Below, piece after piece: positions 1-9,150 of a stretch of DNA of 64,000 bases. The notes under the pieces were generated by a model. The model was not told the origin of the DNA. It saw only the letters and a program-made list of their open reading frames with translations, and did not search any database. A program made the translations under genes and the position numbers. Numbering within the stretch: the stretch's first letter is position 1; each line of letters opens with the position of its first letter. Source of the DNA: Candidatus Microgenomates bacterium. GTDB lineage: Bacteria > Patescibacteriota > Microgenomatia > UBA8517. Location of the stretch: the NCBI GenBank assembly GCA_049519355.1, contig JBEKQV010000001.1:193-64192 (forward strand), given 5' to 3'.

Positions 1-239
1 TTACCAGATCTCGAAACATCGGCTCCGTAGGTTTGGTACCTATTTTCAGCTAGAAAAATCATATGCCTCCCAGCACCTGAACCATGATCCAAAATCTTAA
101 ATTTATTCGAATTCTTACGAGGAAAATTTCCAAAAACAAATTGTATTACTCTTTCGTGTGGATAACGAGTACAAAATTGGTCTTGCCTGTGCAGATCGTT
201 CCACAACTTTCTATTATTTTGAATTCTATTAATATTCAA
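1..239 (-). CDS. Class I SAM-dependent methyltransferase, 5' part (runs off window); paralog of 338..1021
   Basis: Not in the ORF track. Manual translation from TTG at 239 gives MNINRIQNNRKLWNDLHRQDQFCTRYPHERVIQFVFGNFPRKNSNKFKILDHGSGAGRHMIFLAENRYQTYGADVSRSG, open to position 1, with SAM motif LDHGSGAG. Confidence 0.85.
   Translation of the reverse strand, partial: MNINRIQNNRKLWNDLHRQDQFCTRYPHERVIQFVFGNFPRKNSNKFKILDHGSGAGRHMIFLAENRYQTYGADVSRSG
63..172. repeat. 110-bp exact direct repeat, copy 1 (copy 2 at 851..960)
   Basis: atgcctcccagcacc...gataacgagtac is identical at both positions; flanks diverge. Confidence 0.95.
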
Positions 240-337
240 GTTATTATTAAAAATATTCTTCCTAAAACGAACAGGTTAATTTCTAATTACAAAGTTCTTC
301 CCGCACCTAAAGTCTCATACTTTTCTACTTAGAGTAA

Positions 338-1021
338 TTATTTCTTTAACTCAACAACAAAGTCGTAGTCTACCATTTCCTTGTTGTTGTATGTATTTAC
401 CATTTCATCAATTGTAATTCTTTTAAATTTATGGAACCTTTTCCTAATTTCTTTTTCAGTGAAAAAATGCATTAACATATTTTTCTCATTATTAACCCTC
501 GTTTTATTATCACCAACAATTATATAATCCCCGTGACCAATACTTTTTGCGTGCTTGAAACGATAATCTCGTCTTGATCTAAGAACAACCAACATTTTAC
601 CCTCCCTCTTCAAAATTCGATATAAATCTGGAATAACTACATCTAATTGTTTGCTATTCAAATAATAAAGTACGCCAAAAGATATTATCCCGTCAAAAAA
701 ATTATCGGCGTATTTTAAGATATTTGAATCGATCAAACTAACATTAACACTCAAATTCCTAATTTTCGTTATTTTCCTAGTAAATGCATTACCCGTACTT
801 GATATATCCGCCCCGTATGCTTGATACCCATTTTCTGCCAAAAAAACAACATGCCTCCCAGCACCTGAACCATGATCCAAAATCTTAAATTTATTCGAAT
901 TCTTACGAGGAAAATTTCCAAAAACAAATTGTATTACTCTTTCGTGTGGATAACGAGTACGAAATTGTAAATGTTTATGAAGATCTTGCCATAAAGACTT
1001 ATTTTTTTGTATTGAATTCAT
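338..1021 (-). CDS. Class I SAM-dependent methyltransferase
   Basis: ILDHGSGAGRH motif I, YGADIS, FDGIISFGVLYY, LYRILKREGK. Confidence 0.9.
   Translation of the reverse strand: MNSIQKNKSLWQDLHKHLQFRTRYPHERVIQFVFGNFPRKNSNKFKILDHGSGAGRHVVFLAENGYQAYGADISSTGNAFTRKITKIRNLSVNVSLIDSNILKYADNFFDGIISFGVLYYLNSKQLDVVIPDLYRILKREGKMLVVLRSRRDYRFKHAKSIGHGDYIIVGDNKTRVNNEKNMLMHFFTEKEIRKRFHKFKRITIDEMVNTYNNKEMVDYDFVVELKK
851..960. repeat. 110-bp exact direct repeat, copy 2
   Basis: Identical to 63..172, offset 788 bp, in the equivalent codon phase of the two methyltransferase genes. Confidence 0.95.
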
Positions 1022-1027
1022 AATTAG

Positions 1028-2128
1028 TTATCTTTTTAATACATTTTTCCACTCGACACCCCTAAAAGCAGAAATATCGCTTTGACAAACTTTTCCTAAT
1101 ATAATTTCAAAAAACTGAGGATGAATCCCCGGGTGCAAAAATCTTTCCGCTCTTAAAACTCTTATGTTTCTTATGGTAAACCTTTCTCCAAATCTAATCT
1201 TTTTAATTGCGAATATACTACGTTTATCTCCAGGATAAATTTCTTTCTCACATTTAGCTATAATTTTTTCATAACTACCCATAATTTTTGGGTGTTTCGA
1301 TAAGAATTCCTTTTTCTGTTTCTGGGAAAATTTTTCAACTTCTCTAATTTTCTTTATCATAAGCATTAGCTCGTTTGGCTCCAATGCGTAGAAATGATCT
1401 GCCCCTTTTAAATTTTTACTGATCGTAAAGTGCTTTTCAACTATCCTTGCACCATTACAAACAGCCAACGTCGGAATTAAAACTGGATCTGTAGTGTGGT
1501 CGGAAACCCCAGCAATAACTCCAAAAACTTTAATAAGTGTTTGAATAAAATTTAGATTATATTCTTCTGCGGGTGCTGGATAAGCAGATAAGCAATGTAG
1601 AACAGCAATTTTAAAATTGTTTTGCTTCTTTATTGTCTCAATTGCTAAATCTATGTCCGAGATTGTGCTTAATCCATCAGACATAATTATTGGTTTATTC
1701 TTCTTCGCAATATGTTTCAGCAAAGGAATATGATTCAATTCTGGAGATGCTATTTTATACGCTAGCGCTCCATATTTTTCTAAAATATCTGAGCTTCTTT
1801 CATCAAATGGGGTGGCAAGAAAAATAATTTTTCTTTCTTCGCAATACTTCTTTAGTTTTGGTATCCAATCATAATCAACCTCATGTTTCTTCAAAAAGCC
1901 GTAAAGATCTAAGGTTTTATTATTTAGTCTAATTTTACCGCTATTTTTAGGGTACAACTTATCAGCCCTAAAAATCTGGAACTTGATAGCGTCTGCCCCA
2001 GCCTCCGCAGCGATATCAACTAGCTTCAATGCTTGATTAAAATTTCCATCATGGTTACTCCCCGCTTCCGCTACAATAAAACTTGAACTATTCTGACTAA
2101 TGTTTTTGTTTCCAATTCTTAAATCCAT
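1028..2128 (-). CDS. pseI: NeuB-family nonulosonic acid synthase (PseI-like by context) with C-terminal SAF domain
   Basis: AEAGSNHDG, ADAIKFQ, YKIASPE, LHCLSAYP, SDHT, EKHFT motifs; adjacent to pseB and pseC-pseF. Pse versus Leg specificity cannot be resolved from motifs. Confidence 0.8.
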   Translation of the reverse strand: MDLRIGNKNISQNSSSFIVAEAGSNHDGNFNQALKLVDIAAEAGADAIKFQIFRADKLYPKNSGKIRLNNKTLDLYGFLKKHEVDYDWIPKLKKYCEERKIIFLATPFDERSSDILEKYGALAYKIASPELNHIPLLKHIAKKNKPIIMSDGLSTISDIDLAIETIKKQNNFKIAVLHCLSAYPAPAEEYNLNFIQTLIKVFGVIAGVSDHTTDPVLIPTLAVCNGARIVEKHFTISKNLKGADHFYALEPNELMLMIKKIREVEKFSQKQKKEFLSKHPKIMGSYEKIIAKCEKEIYPGDKRSIFAIKKIRFGERFTIRNIRVLRAERFLHPGIHPQFFEIILGKVCQSDISAFRGVEWKNVLKR

Positions 2129-3969
2129 TTGGAGATATTAAACTTACTCTTTATAAAATTATTATATTTTAATTCTGCCATCTTCCAGTCTTCTATGGTA
2201 TCTATATCTTGTGCAGACGAGTCTGAAATAATAATAGTACCAAAATTTTCCTCTAGTACTTTCTCATTTTTATTAAATTTATCCGTCCATGCCCAGTAAA
2301 ACTGCCCACTATCGTGATATGAAGCGGGGAAATCCTGAGATCTTTTATACATATTTCCAGGTTGAATCATTTTAATCTTCTGACTAACTATTCTATATGC
2401 TCGCTGAATTGGATAACTGTATCTAACAACGGGAATAACAGAGTCAAACTTTCCCTTTATTAATAAATCGAAAGATTTCTTAAGTAGTCCCTCGGTTATT
2501 AAAGGAGCTGTTGGATAAATACAACAAAAGATATCAAAAACCATAGAATTATTTTCATATCTTCCAAGAACTTCTTTAATTACAGACGCTGTGGTTGAAT
2601 AATCCTCAGAATTTTTTTTTGAACGGAAAAAGGGAACCTTCGCTCCATACTTTTTCGCAACTTTTGCAATCTCTTCATTGTCGGTAGATACCATAACTTC
2701 ATCAAATAACTTACTTTTGATAGCCGTTTCGATAGAATAAGCAATTATTGGCTTACCTAAAAACTTCTTAACATTTTTTTTAGGAATTCTTTTACTACCC
2801 CCTCTCGCAGGAATAATAGCTAATATCTTCCTTTTTTTTAAAAAGGAAGTAATAACTCCAATAACTTTTTGCTGTTCAGAATAACCTAGCCCAGGATAAA
2901 TAGGAATGCTAATTATTCTTTCATAAAATTCTTCCGCAATAGGACAAATGCCCTTTTTGTAACCCAACTCTTGATAATAAGGATGCCAATAAACCGGGAT
3001 ATAGTGTACTTGGCAAAAAATACCATTCTCTTTTAAACGGTTAAACAAATTTAAACGTGTTTCTTTGTCTTTAACTTTAACGATATATAGGTGATAAGCG
3101 TTTTTATACCCTTTATCGGGTTTTATTACCTGTATTTCATTTACTCCCGCAAAAGCTTCATAATATCTTTTTGCAATGGAAATTCTTTTTTCTACAAACT
3201 GATTAACTCTTCCAAGTTGACTTATTCCGAGAGCACACTGGAGATCGGTAATTCTGTAATTATAACCAAGTTCTTGCATTTCATAATACCAAGAACCTTC
3301 ATTTTGATTTATTAATTTGCCAGAGTCCTTGGTTATTCCATGAGTCCTTAAAATAAGCAATTTTTCATAAAATTCTTTTGAATTAGTTGTAATCATTCCT
3401 CCCTCTCCGGTTGTTATATGTTTGACAGGATGAAAACTAAATACAGCCATATCTGAATAAGTACAGTCACCAATCTTTGTACCTTTGTATCGCGAACCCA
3501 AGGAATGACAAGCGTCTTCTATTACAACCAACTTGTGCTTTCTCGCGATATCTTTTATTTTTTTCATATCACAAGGTAACCCACCGTAGTGGACAGGAAT
3601 TACTATTTTTGTTTTCGAAGTTATTTTTTTCTCGATCAATTTTTCATCAATAAGGCCATTTTCCTCTTTAATATCTACAAAGACGGGTCTTGCACCACAA
3701 TACAATGCACAATTTGCTGAAGCTGCAAAAGTCATTGGAGATGTAATCAACTCATCACCCTGTTTTAATCCAGCTGCAAGACACGCAAGGTGGAGAGCAG
3801 CAGTTCCGTTTGAAACCGCAACTGCGTATTTTACATTAACCAGTTTAGCAAACTTTTCTTCGAATTCCTTTATTTTTGGTCCAGTAGTTAGATATTCGGA
3901 GTTTAAAGTATCCACAACTGCTTTTATATCTGATTTACTAATTGTCTGTCTCCCATAAGGTATATTCAT
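2119..3969 (-). CDS. pseC: Fusion: PseC-like PLP sugar aminotransferase (aa ~1-377) plus PseF/NeuA-like cytidylyltransferase (aa ~381-616)
   Basis: N-terminal IPYGRQ, SNGTAALH, EDACHS, SFHPVK, GEGG. C-terminal AIIPARGGSKRIPKKN, VSTD, CIYPTAP, RSQD, QDIDT. Confidence 0.9.
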   Translation of the reverse strand: MNIPYGRQTISKSDIKAVVDTLNSEYLTTGPKIKEFEEKFAKLVNVKYAVAVSNGTAALHLACLAAGLKQGDELITSPMTFAASANCALYCGARPVFVDIKEENGLIDEKLIEKKITSKTKIVIPVHYGGLPCDMKKIKDIARKHKLVVIEDACHSLGSRYKGTKIGDCTYSDMAVFSFHPVKHITTGEGGMITTNSKEFYEKLLILRTHGITKDSGKLINQNEGSWYYEMQELGYNYRITDLQCALGISQLGRVNQFVEKRISIAKRYYEAFAGVNEIQVIKPDKGYKNAYHLYIVKVKDKETRLNLFNRLKENGIFCQVHYIPVYWHPYYQELGYKKGICPIAEEFYERIISIPIYPGLGYSEQQKVIGVITSFLKKRKILAIIPARGGSKRIPKKNVKKFLGKPIIAYSIETAIKSKLFDEVMVSTDNEEIAKVAKKYGAKVPFFRSKKNSEDYSTTASVIKEVLGRYENNSMVFDIFCCIYPTAPLITEGLLKKSFDLLIKGKFDSVIPVVRYSYPIQRAYRIVSQKIKMIQPGNMYKRSQDFPASYHDSGQFYWAWTDKFNKNEKVLEENFGTIIISDSSAQDIDTIEDWKMAELKYNNFIKSKFNISKWI

Positions 3970-4979
3970 ATAACTCCAAATCTTTTAAAAATTTTGGAAA
4001 CTTCATCCTTAGAAATTACTGCATTTGCAGAACTATACTCCTGCAGTAATTTTTCATTCACAACCTTGCCCTTTTTAATATAAATAGCTTTTTTAATACC
4101 TTTGGTGTCCTGGATAGGAGAACCGATTACATAAAAATTCATAAAATTATATGTTCTAGGTATTTCAGAATTATTTATCATCAATTCATGTATTTTTTCT
4201 CCCGGTCGAATTCCGACTATCTTTATTTTATTTTTCTTATGATATTTATCTCTTAATATCTCGATTAAATCGGTTATTTTAAATGAAGGAATCTTAGGAA
4301 CAAAAATTTCTCCTCCCACTCCATATGTTATGGCATTAAATACCAACTCAACCGCCTGTTTCGGACTGATGATAAACCTCGTCATCCTGGGATCGGTTAA
4401 TGGAATATCATCATTATTTACAATTTTTTCGCTAAAGAAAGGAATTACCGAACCTGTGCTTTCCAAAACATTTCCGTATCTGACTGTGGTAAAAACCGTT
4501 TTAAGATCTCCCTTGCTATAGTTACTCTCCGTAAATATTCTTTCACTAACAAATTTGCAGGCTCCATATGTATTTACAGGTGAACAAGCTTTATCTGTTG
4601 AAATCATTACAGCCTTTTTAACGTTATTTTTAAGACATGCATTCACCACATTTAATGTACCCAAAATATTCGTTTTGATTGATTCTTCAACGTTATATTC
4701 CATAAGATCGAGTCTTTTTAATGCCGCAGCATGAATAACAATATCCACCCGTCTTGTTGCCTTAAGAAGTCTTTCGTAATCCCGGACATCGCCCAAAAAA
4801 TTTCTAATTTTTTTATTGTGGTGAAACTTTTCCTGAAATTTATAATGTTTTACTTCATCGCGACTAAAAACCCTTATACTCTTCGGGTGCTGTTTAAGAA
4901 TTTCTGAAGTTAATGCCTGCCCAAGATAACCAGTGCCTCCCGTAATTAAAACTGTTCTATTTGTAAATATATTTGCCAT
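3966..4979 (-). CDS. pseB: UDP-GlcNAc 4,6-dehydratase (PseB/FlaA1 family)
   Basis: TGGTG, SRDE, HAAALK, STDKA, YGACK, RYGNV, GIRPGEKIHE; directly upstream of pseC. Confidence 0.85.
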   Translation of the reverse strand: MANIFTNRTVLITGGTGYLGQALTSEILKQHPKSIRVFSRDEVKHYKFQEKFHHNKKIRNFLGDVRDYERLLKATRRVDIVIHAAALKRLDLMEYNVEESIKTNILGTLNVVNACLKNNVKKAVMISTDKACSPVNTYGACKFVSERIFTESNYSKGDLKTVFTTVRYGNVLESTGSVIPFFSEKIVNNDDIPLTDPRMTRFIISPKQAVELVFNAITYGVGGEIFVPKIPSFKITDLIEILRDKYHKKNKIKIVGIRPGEKIHELMINNSEIPRTYNFMNFYVIGSPIQDTKGIKKAIYIKKGKVVNEKLLQEYSSANAVISKDEVSKIFKRFGVI

Positions 4980-6286
4980 TAATTTTCAAAAGTAAAACTA
5001 TCTCTTAGAGCGGTTAGATTGTTTTTGATATTATACTCTTTTCTATATTCGAGCATGTTCTTTTTGAAAACCGCTAATTTACTTTTATATTCTGGGAAAT
5101 TTTCAATCATATCAACCATCTTTCTTACAAACGACTCCATGTTCTCACACCGGAATCCAATAGGTTTCGTTTGTTTATTAAAATAGTCATAACCCGGATT
5201 GCTAAGATGAAGAACCGGCTTAAGATATGAAAAAGATTCAAAAATCGATAGACTACAACCAAACCGATGACGATTTCTATCATATAAATTTATAAACACA
5301 TCGATATCTCGAGCAGAATCCTCCATTTCCCGTCTACTCAAAACTCTTCCCCGGCTTAACCAGGTAATATTCGCAAAACCCTCGGTACCTCTACTATCCA
5401 TGCTAATAATCCGAATTTCATAAGATCTTGTTAATTTCTTTTTAGAAAGAAGTGTTAACATCCTGTACATTTGAGCAGAATCTCCATAACCAAAAACGGC
5501 AAATTTAATAAACTTATTCTTTACAGCAGACGCCGAATTATTAAAAATAATTGGCAAAATGATTGTGTGGAAGTTCAGAAATTTGGTATTTAGATATTTA
5601 CTGGCATTTTTTGTAACATGTGGAGATAAAGAAATATATTTATACTGATTTGAATGTTGCCACATCATCATTTTCTTCACACGGAAAATTTTTTTGAAAA
5701 TAAGTGAATAATTTAAATCTAACCAACGAATTGGAACAGTCACCCTGTTAATTGCAAAGGACAACACCAGTTTCGGATCTCTAAATCCTTTAATAACCGA
5801 TTTTTTGTAGTCAGTTTTTATCATTCCTCTTCTGATTCCAGGAATATAAGCTTCTTTATAATTTTTGTTGGCGATATCTTCCAATTCACCGTGAAGAACA
5901 AAAGTGCAATTAATTTCTTTATATTTATCTTGCTGTTTCAGTTTTTTTACAAGATAAAGAATAACCGGATTCATTGATAAGAAAAAAACCTTATTTTCAT
6001 GAAAGCTTATTAATTTATCAAACATATCTTTTATCAAAAGATAGTTTTTGATAACCCCACCGAGACTATAACTTTTATTTCCACTGAAATTTATAGGAGA
6101 AAGTATTAAATCGTTGATAATAACTCCACTAACCTTAAAAATATTCTTAAGATTTCTGAAATAGTTTTTATCGGCAAAGAATATTATTTTCTCGTTTGGG
6201 TAAGCCAGCCTTAGACCATAGATAAATCCGCTATTTACTTCTTCATGGCTTATTCCTTTACATTGAAGTTCACAGATTACTATCAT
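4979..6286 (-). CDS. Putative GT-B glycosyltransferase
   Basis: Soluble protein in a sugar operon with HGELE and C-terminal SIFESFSYLKP (ExxxxxKP-like). Start moved to MIVICE (6286), just after the upstream stop. Confidence 0.5.
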   Translation of the reverse strand: MIVICELQCKGISHEEVNSGFIYGLRLAYPNEKIIFFADKNYFRNLKNIFKVSGVIINDLILSPINFSGNKSYSLGGVIKNYLLIKDMFDKLISFHENKVFFLSMNPVILYLVKKLKQQDKYKEINCTFVLHGELEDIANKNYKEAYIPGIRRGMIKTDYKKSVIKGFRDPKLVLSFAINRVTVPIRWLDLNYSLIFKKIFRVKKMMMWQHSNQYKYISLSPHVTKNASKYLNTKFLNFHTIILPIIFNNSASAVKNKFIKFAVFGYGDSAQMYRMLTLLSKKKLTRSYEIRIISMDSRGTEGFANITWLSRGRVLSRREMEDSARDIDVFINLYDRNRHRFGCSLSIFESFSYLKPVLHLSNPGYDYFNKQTKPIGFRCENMESFVRKMVDMIENFPEYKSKLAVFKKNMLEYRKEYNIKNNLTALRDSFTFEN

Positions 6287-6287
6287 T

Positions 6288-7517
6288 CTATATAATTTCA
6301 ATTTCTGGTAATGGAAAGATAAATTTTCCACCGCTTTCAGTAAACTTTTTCTCCCTTTCCAAAATATTGTATTTAAAATGCCAAGGCAAAACAAAAAAAT
6401 AATCAGGGTTCTTTGATTTAGCAGCCTTTTCGGATATGATTGGAATATTAGTTCCAGGTGTAAACGAACCAAACTTTTCTTTGTTCACTTCCGCGATGCA
6501 AGGAATTTGTCTCGAATTTAATTCGCAAAATTGTAAAAGTACATTTCCCTTGGTACTGGCTCCATAACCAATTATCTTCTTACCGCTTTTTACCAAAGAA
6601 TTAATCAATTTCCCTAAATTTTCTCGGTGTCTAAACACTTTTTCTTCAAAATCACGGTAGGGTTTAGGTGTATCCAATCCCATATCTTTTTCCTGTTCAA
6701 GCAGCCACTTTATAACCGGCTTATTTGATACATATTGTGCTTTCTTTTTACAAGCGGTTACCGCAAAGCTGCCACCGTTTATAGAATTCATTTGGACGTC
6801 TACAATACGCATTCCGCAACTTTCCAATAGGTTTTTCACTACTTTAAAAGAATAAAATTCCAAATGCTCATGGCAAATAGTATCGTAAGCATTTGTTCTT
6901 AACATGCTGGGCATGTAACTTTGTTCAAAATGCCAAACCCCATCATTAGTAAGACATTTTTCAATATCCTGGACGAACGCTTTCGGATTTTCCAGATCGT
7001 AAAACATTGCAATCGAAGTTATTATTTTTGCTTTTGTGTTTGGGAAAGTATCTTGGAAGATTGATTCGGAAAAGAAATCTGAAATTAAAGTCATATCTTT
7101 CGCATAAAATTTCTTGAATTTCTTAGCAGTCGGGTCAATTCCAACTTTTTTATATTTTCCGGAGCAAGCTCTAAGCAGAGTTGCATCATTACTTCCAATA
7201 TCGATCATTAAATCTGTTGCTTTTGGTTTTACCAAGGTTTCAAGCATTTTCATCTTTTGTTGTAAATGCTTTACCATTGAAGAATTAAGTCCAGAGCGGT
7301 ATCCGTAGTTATCTCCGTACATTTCTTCAAGACTATATGATTGCTTCAATTGAAGAAGTCCGCATTTTGAACACCAAACAACATCCAAAGGACCTTTTGT
7401 AATTTTCTCTTTTCTTGATTTTGGAAATACTCCTGTCAGATATTGTTCTCCGAACGAAAGTACTGTAATTAAATGTGAATTTTGACAAATTCTGCACCTT
7501 TTTATCTCTGAATACAT
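6288..7517 (-). CDS. NDP-hexose C-methyltransferase (TylCIII/EryBIII/TcaB9-like; Zn-binding + MTase + C-methyltransferase C-terminal domain)
   Basis: CRIC...CSKCGLLQL, YGYRS, DIGSNDA, YDTICHEHLEFYS, NGGS, GYGASTKG, PGTNIPI, LPWHF. Confidence 0.85.
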   Translation of the reverse strand: MYSEIKRCRICQNSHLITVLSFGEQYLTGVFPKSRKEKITKGPLDVVWCSKCGLLQLKQSYSLEEMYGDNYGYRSGLNSSMVKHLQQKMKMLETLVKPKATDLMIDIGSNDATLLRACSGKYKKVGIDPTAKKFKKFYAKDMTLISDFFSESIFQDTFPNTKAKIITSIAMFYDLENPKAFVQDIEKCLTNDGVWHFEQSYMPSMLRTNAYDTICHEHLEFYSFKVVKNLLESCGMRIVDVQMNSINGGSFAVTACKKKAQYVSNKPVIKWLLEQEKDMGLDTPKPYRDFEEKVFRHRENLGKLINSLVKSGKKIIGYGASTKGNVLLQFCELNSRQIPCIAEVNKEKFGSFTPGTNIPIISEKAAKSKNPDYFFVLPWHFKYNILEREKKFTESGGKFIFPLPEIEII

Positions 7518-7519
7518 AT

Positions 7520-8302
7520 TTATTTAGGCAAGATAAGAAAATTTATTTCATTGATTACCCTCGAAAATTTATAGTTAATATCCTCAACAAAATCTATATA
7601 ATCCTGAAAATGCATGTTGTATTTATCTTGATAGATTCCTTGGAATTCAAATATTATAGGCATTTTATTTTTCTTTATTGTTTTCCGGGCTCCTTCCATA
7701 GCCTTTAAATCACCGCCTTCAATATCAATCTTCATAAAGCTTATTTGTTCTTTTATTTTTAGACCATCAATTGTGAGAGATTTCACCTTTCGACCCCTGC
7801 GTGCGATATAATCGATTCCAAAAGATCCGTAAGATTGATATTTTTTAAAATCCTGTACAGGGAAAAAAAGTGTCTTATTATTTTTATTATGGACCGCGCC
7901 AAAATGTGGAATTATTACTCCATTTTTCCCGTTAGCTTTAATATTTTTTAATAAAATTTTATATACCCAATCATCGGCCTCAAAGGAGTAAACCCTTCCT
8001 TTACCGTTTAACAATTTGGAAAACAAGACACTCATCTGACCAAAGTTGCTACCTATATCTAAAACTGAAGTTTTAGGCCTTATAAATTTTGAGGCCCATT
8101 CTACTATTTCTTTATCAAAAATCTGATTGTTTTTAATCGCTGCAGCGATTTCATCATTGATAGCATCGGTTGGTAAAAAATAGTTTCCGGTCTTAGTGCT
8201 ATAAAAAGACAACTTCTTGTTTCTTACAGAATGTGGGACATCTCCGTACTTTACTATGTCATAACCCAATTTCCTAATTGTATTTACAATTAATTTTTTC
8301 AT
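7520..8302 (-). CDS. FkbM family methyltransferase
   Basis: VLDIGSNFG, VYSFEA, FMKIDIEG, PIIFE; start adjusted to MKKLIV. Confidence 0.85.
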   Translation of the reverse strand: MKKLIVNTIRKLGYDIVKYGDVPHSVRNKKLSFYSTKTGNYFLPTDAINDEIAAAIKNNQIFDKEIVEWASKFIRPKTSVLDIGSNFGQMSVLFSKLLNGKGRVYSFEADDWVYKILLKNIKANGKNGVIIPHFGAVHNKNNKTLFFPVQDFKKYQSYGSFGIDYIARRGRKVKSLTIDGLKIKEQISFMKIDIEGGDLKAMEGARKTIKKNKMPIIFEFQGIYQDKYNMHFQDYIDFVEDINYKFSRVINEINFLILPK

Positions 8303-8304
8303 AC

Positions 8305-9099
8305 CTACGAGAGATAAACTTTTTTCCATTTGTTTTTGCCTAAATTATAAGATAGATGTTTAACATGCTCTTTCTGAATCCAAAAAGAATCGGCCTGCAA
8401 GCCATCTTCTTGCAACTCGTAATCAACAAGCTGAAAATCTTTTGACTTTAATAAATTATATATAGTCTCCCAAGTCTTTTGGCCTTTCCAGATCGGAGCA
8501 AATTCTGTTTCTATCTGCAGGGCTTTAACCTTCTTAATTTCTTTTCCAAATCCCTTCAGGACTTCATAAGTTAAGCCCTCCACATCTATTTTTACGAAAT
8601 CAACAGATTTTATATTATTCTTAGAAATAAAATAATCCATCCTAATAGTTTCGACTTTAATGCCAGTATATATTCCCTCATCATTGTATTTATGTACCTT
8701 CAAAGAAGAAACTCCATTATTTCTTTTAAGATCTACCGCATGAAAAATAACGTCTTTATTTATATCGGAAACTGCTAAACCATAACAATTAAAAGAGTAG
8801 TTGTTCTTAATTTTCTTATAAAGTACGGGGTGAGGTTCAAAAACATAAATATTTTTAGATTTCAAATTAAACTGGGTCCTTAGAAATTCGGCATCTTGCC
8901 CAAAATTTGCTCCAATTTCAAATATATTTTTGGGTACAAAATTTGAAAGCTGTTTAATGTAACGAACGGTTTTCAATAAATATCGTGTGCTCATTTTCGC
9001 AGCATCTAAATCCCTTTTATAAAAAATGATCTGAATCCCTGTTAAGTTGGATATTGTTTGGGTAGTTATTGTTATAAATTTATTTATATATTTTTTCAT
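8305..9099 (-). CDS. FkbM family methyltransferase
   Basis: IFEIGANFG, YVFEPHP, FVKIDVEG...EVLKG, LQIETE. Confidence 0.85.
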   Translation of the reverse strand: MKKYINKFITITTQTISNLTGIQIIFYKRDLDAAKMSTRYLLKTVRYIKQLSNFVPKNIFEIGANFGQDAEFLRTQFNLKSKNIYVFEPHPVLYKKIKNNYSFNCYGLAVSDINKDVIFHAVDLKRNNGVSSLKVHKYNDEGIYTGIKVETIRMDYFISKNNIKSVDFVKIDVEGLTYEVLKGFGKEIKKVKALQIETEFAPIWKGQKTWETIYNLLKSKDFQLVDYELQEDGLQADSFWIQKEHVKHLSYNLGKNKWKKVYLS

Positions 9100-9150
9100 G
9101 ATTATTCTTTGTATTCCTACTTGAATGACTTTTAGGACTTTTAATAGTTT

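Noticed and set aside
84-332. 82-aa plus-strand ORF
   Set aside because: Antisense shadow of the minus-strand methyltransferase at 1..239.
63-960. 110-bp repeat as a DGR template/variable repeat pair
   Set aside because: The core is identical, flanking mismatches are not adenine-specific (e.g. TCT/AAG, CGT/TGT), and there is no reverse transcriptase in the window.
9127-9143. Short direct repeat gactttta x2 in an intergenic gap
   Set aside because: Only 8 bp, AT-rich, two copies; consistent with chance.
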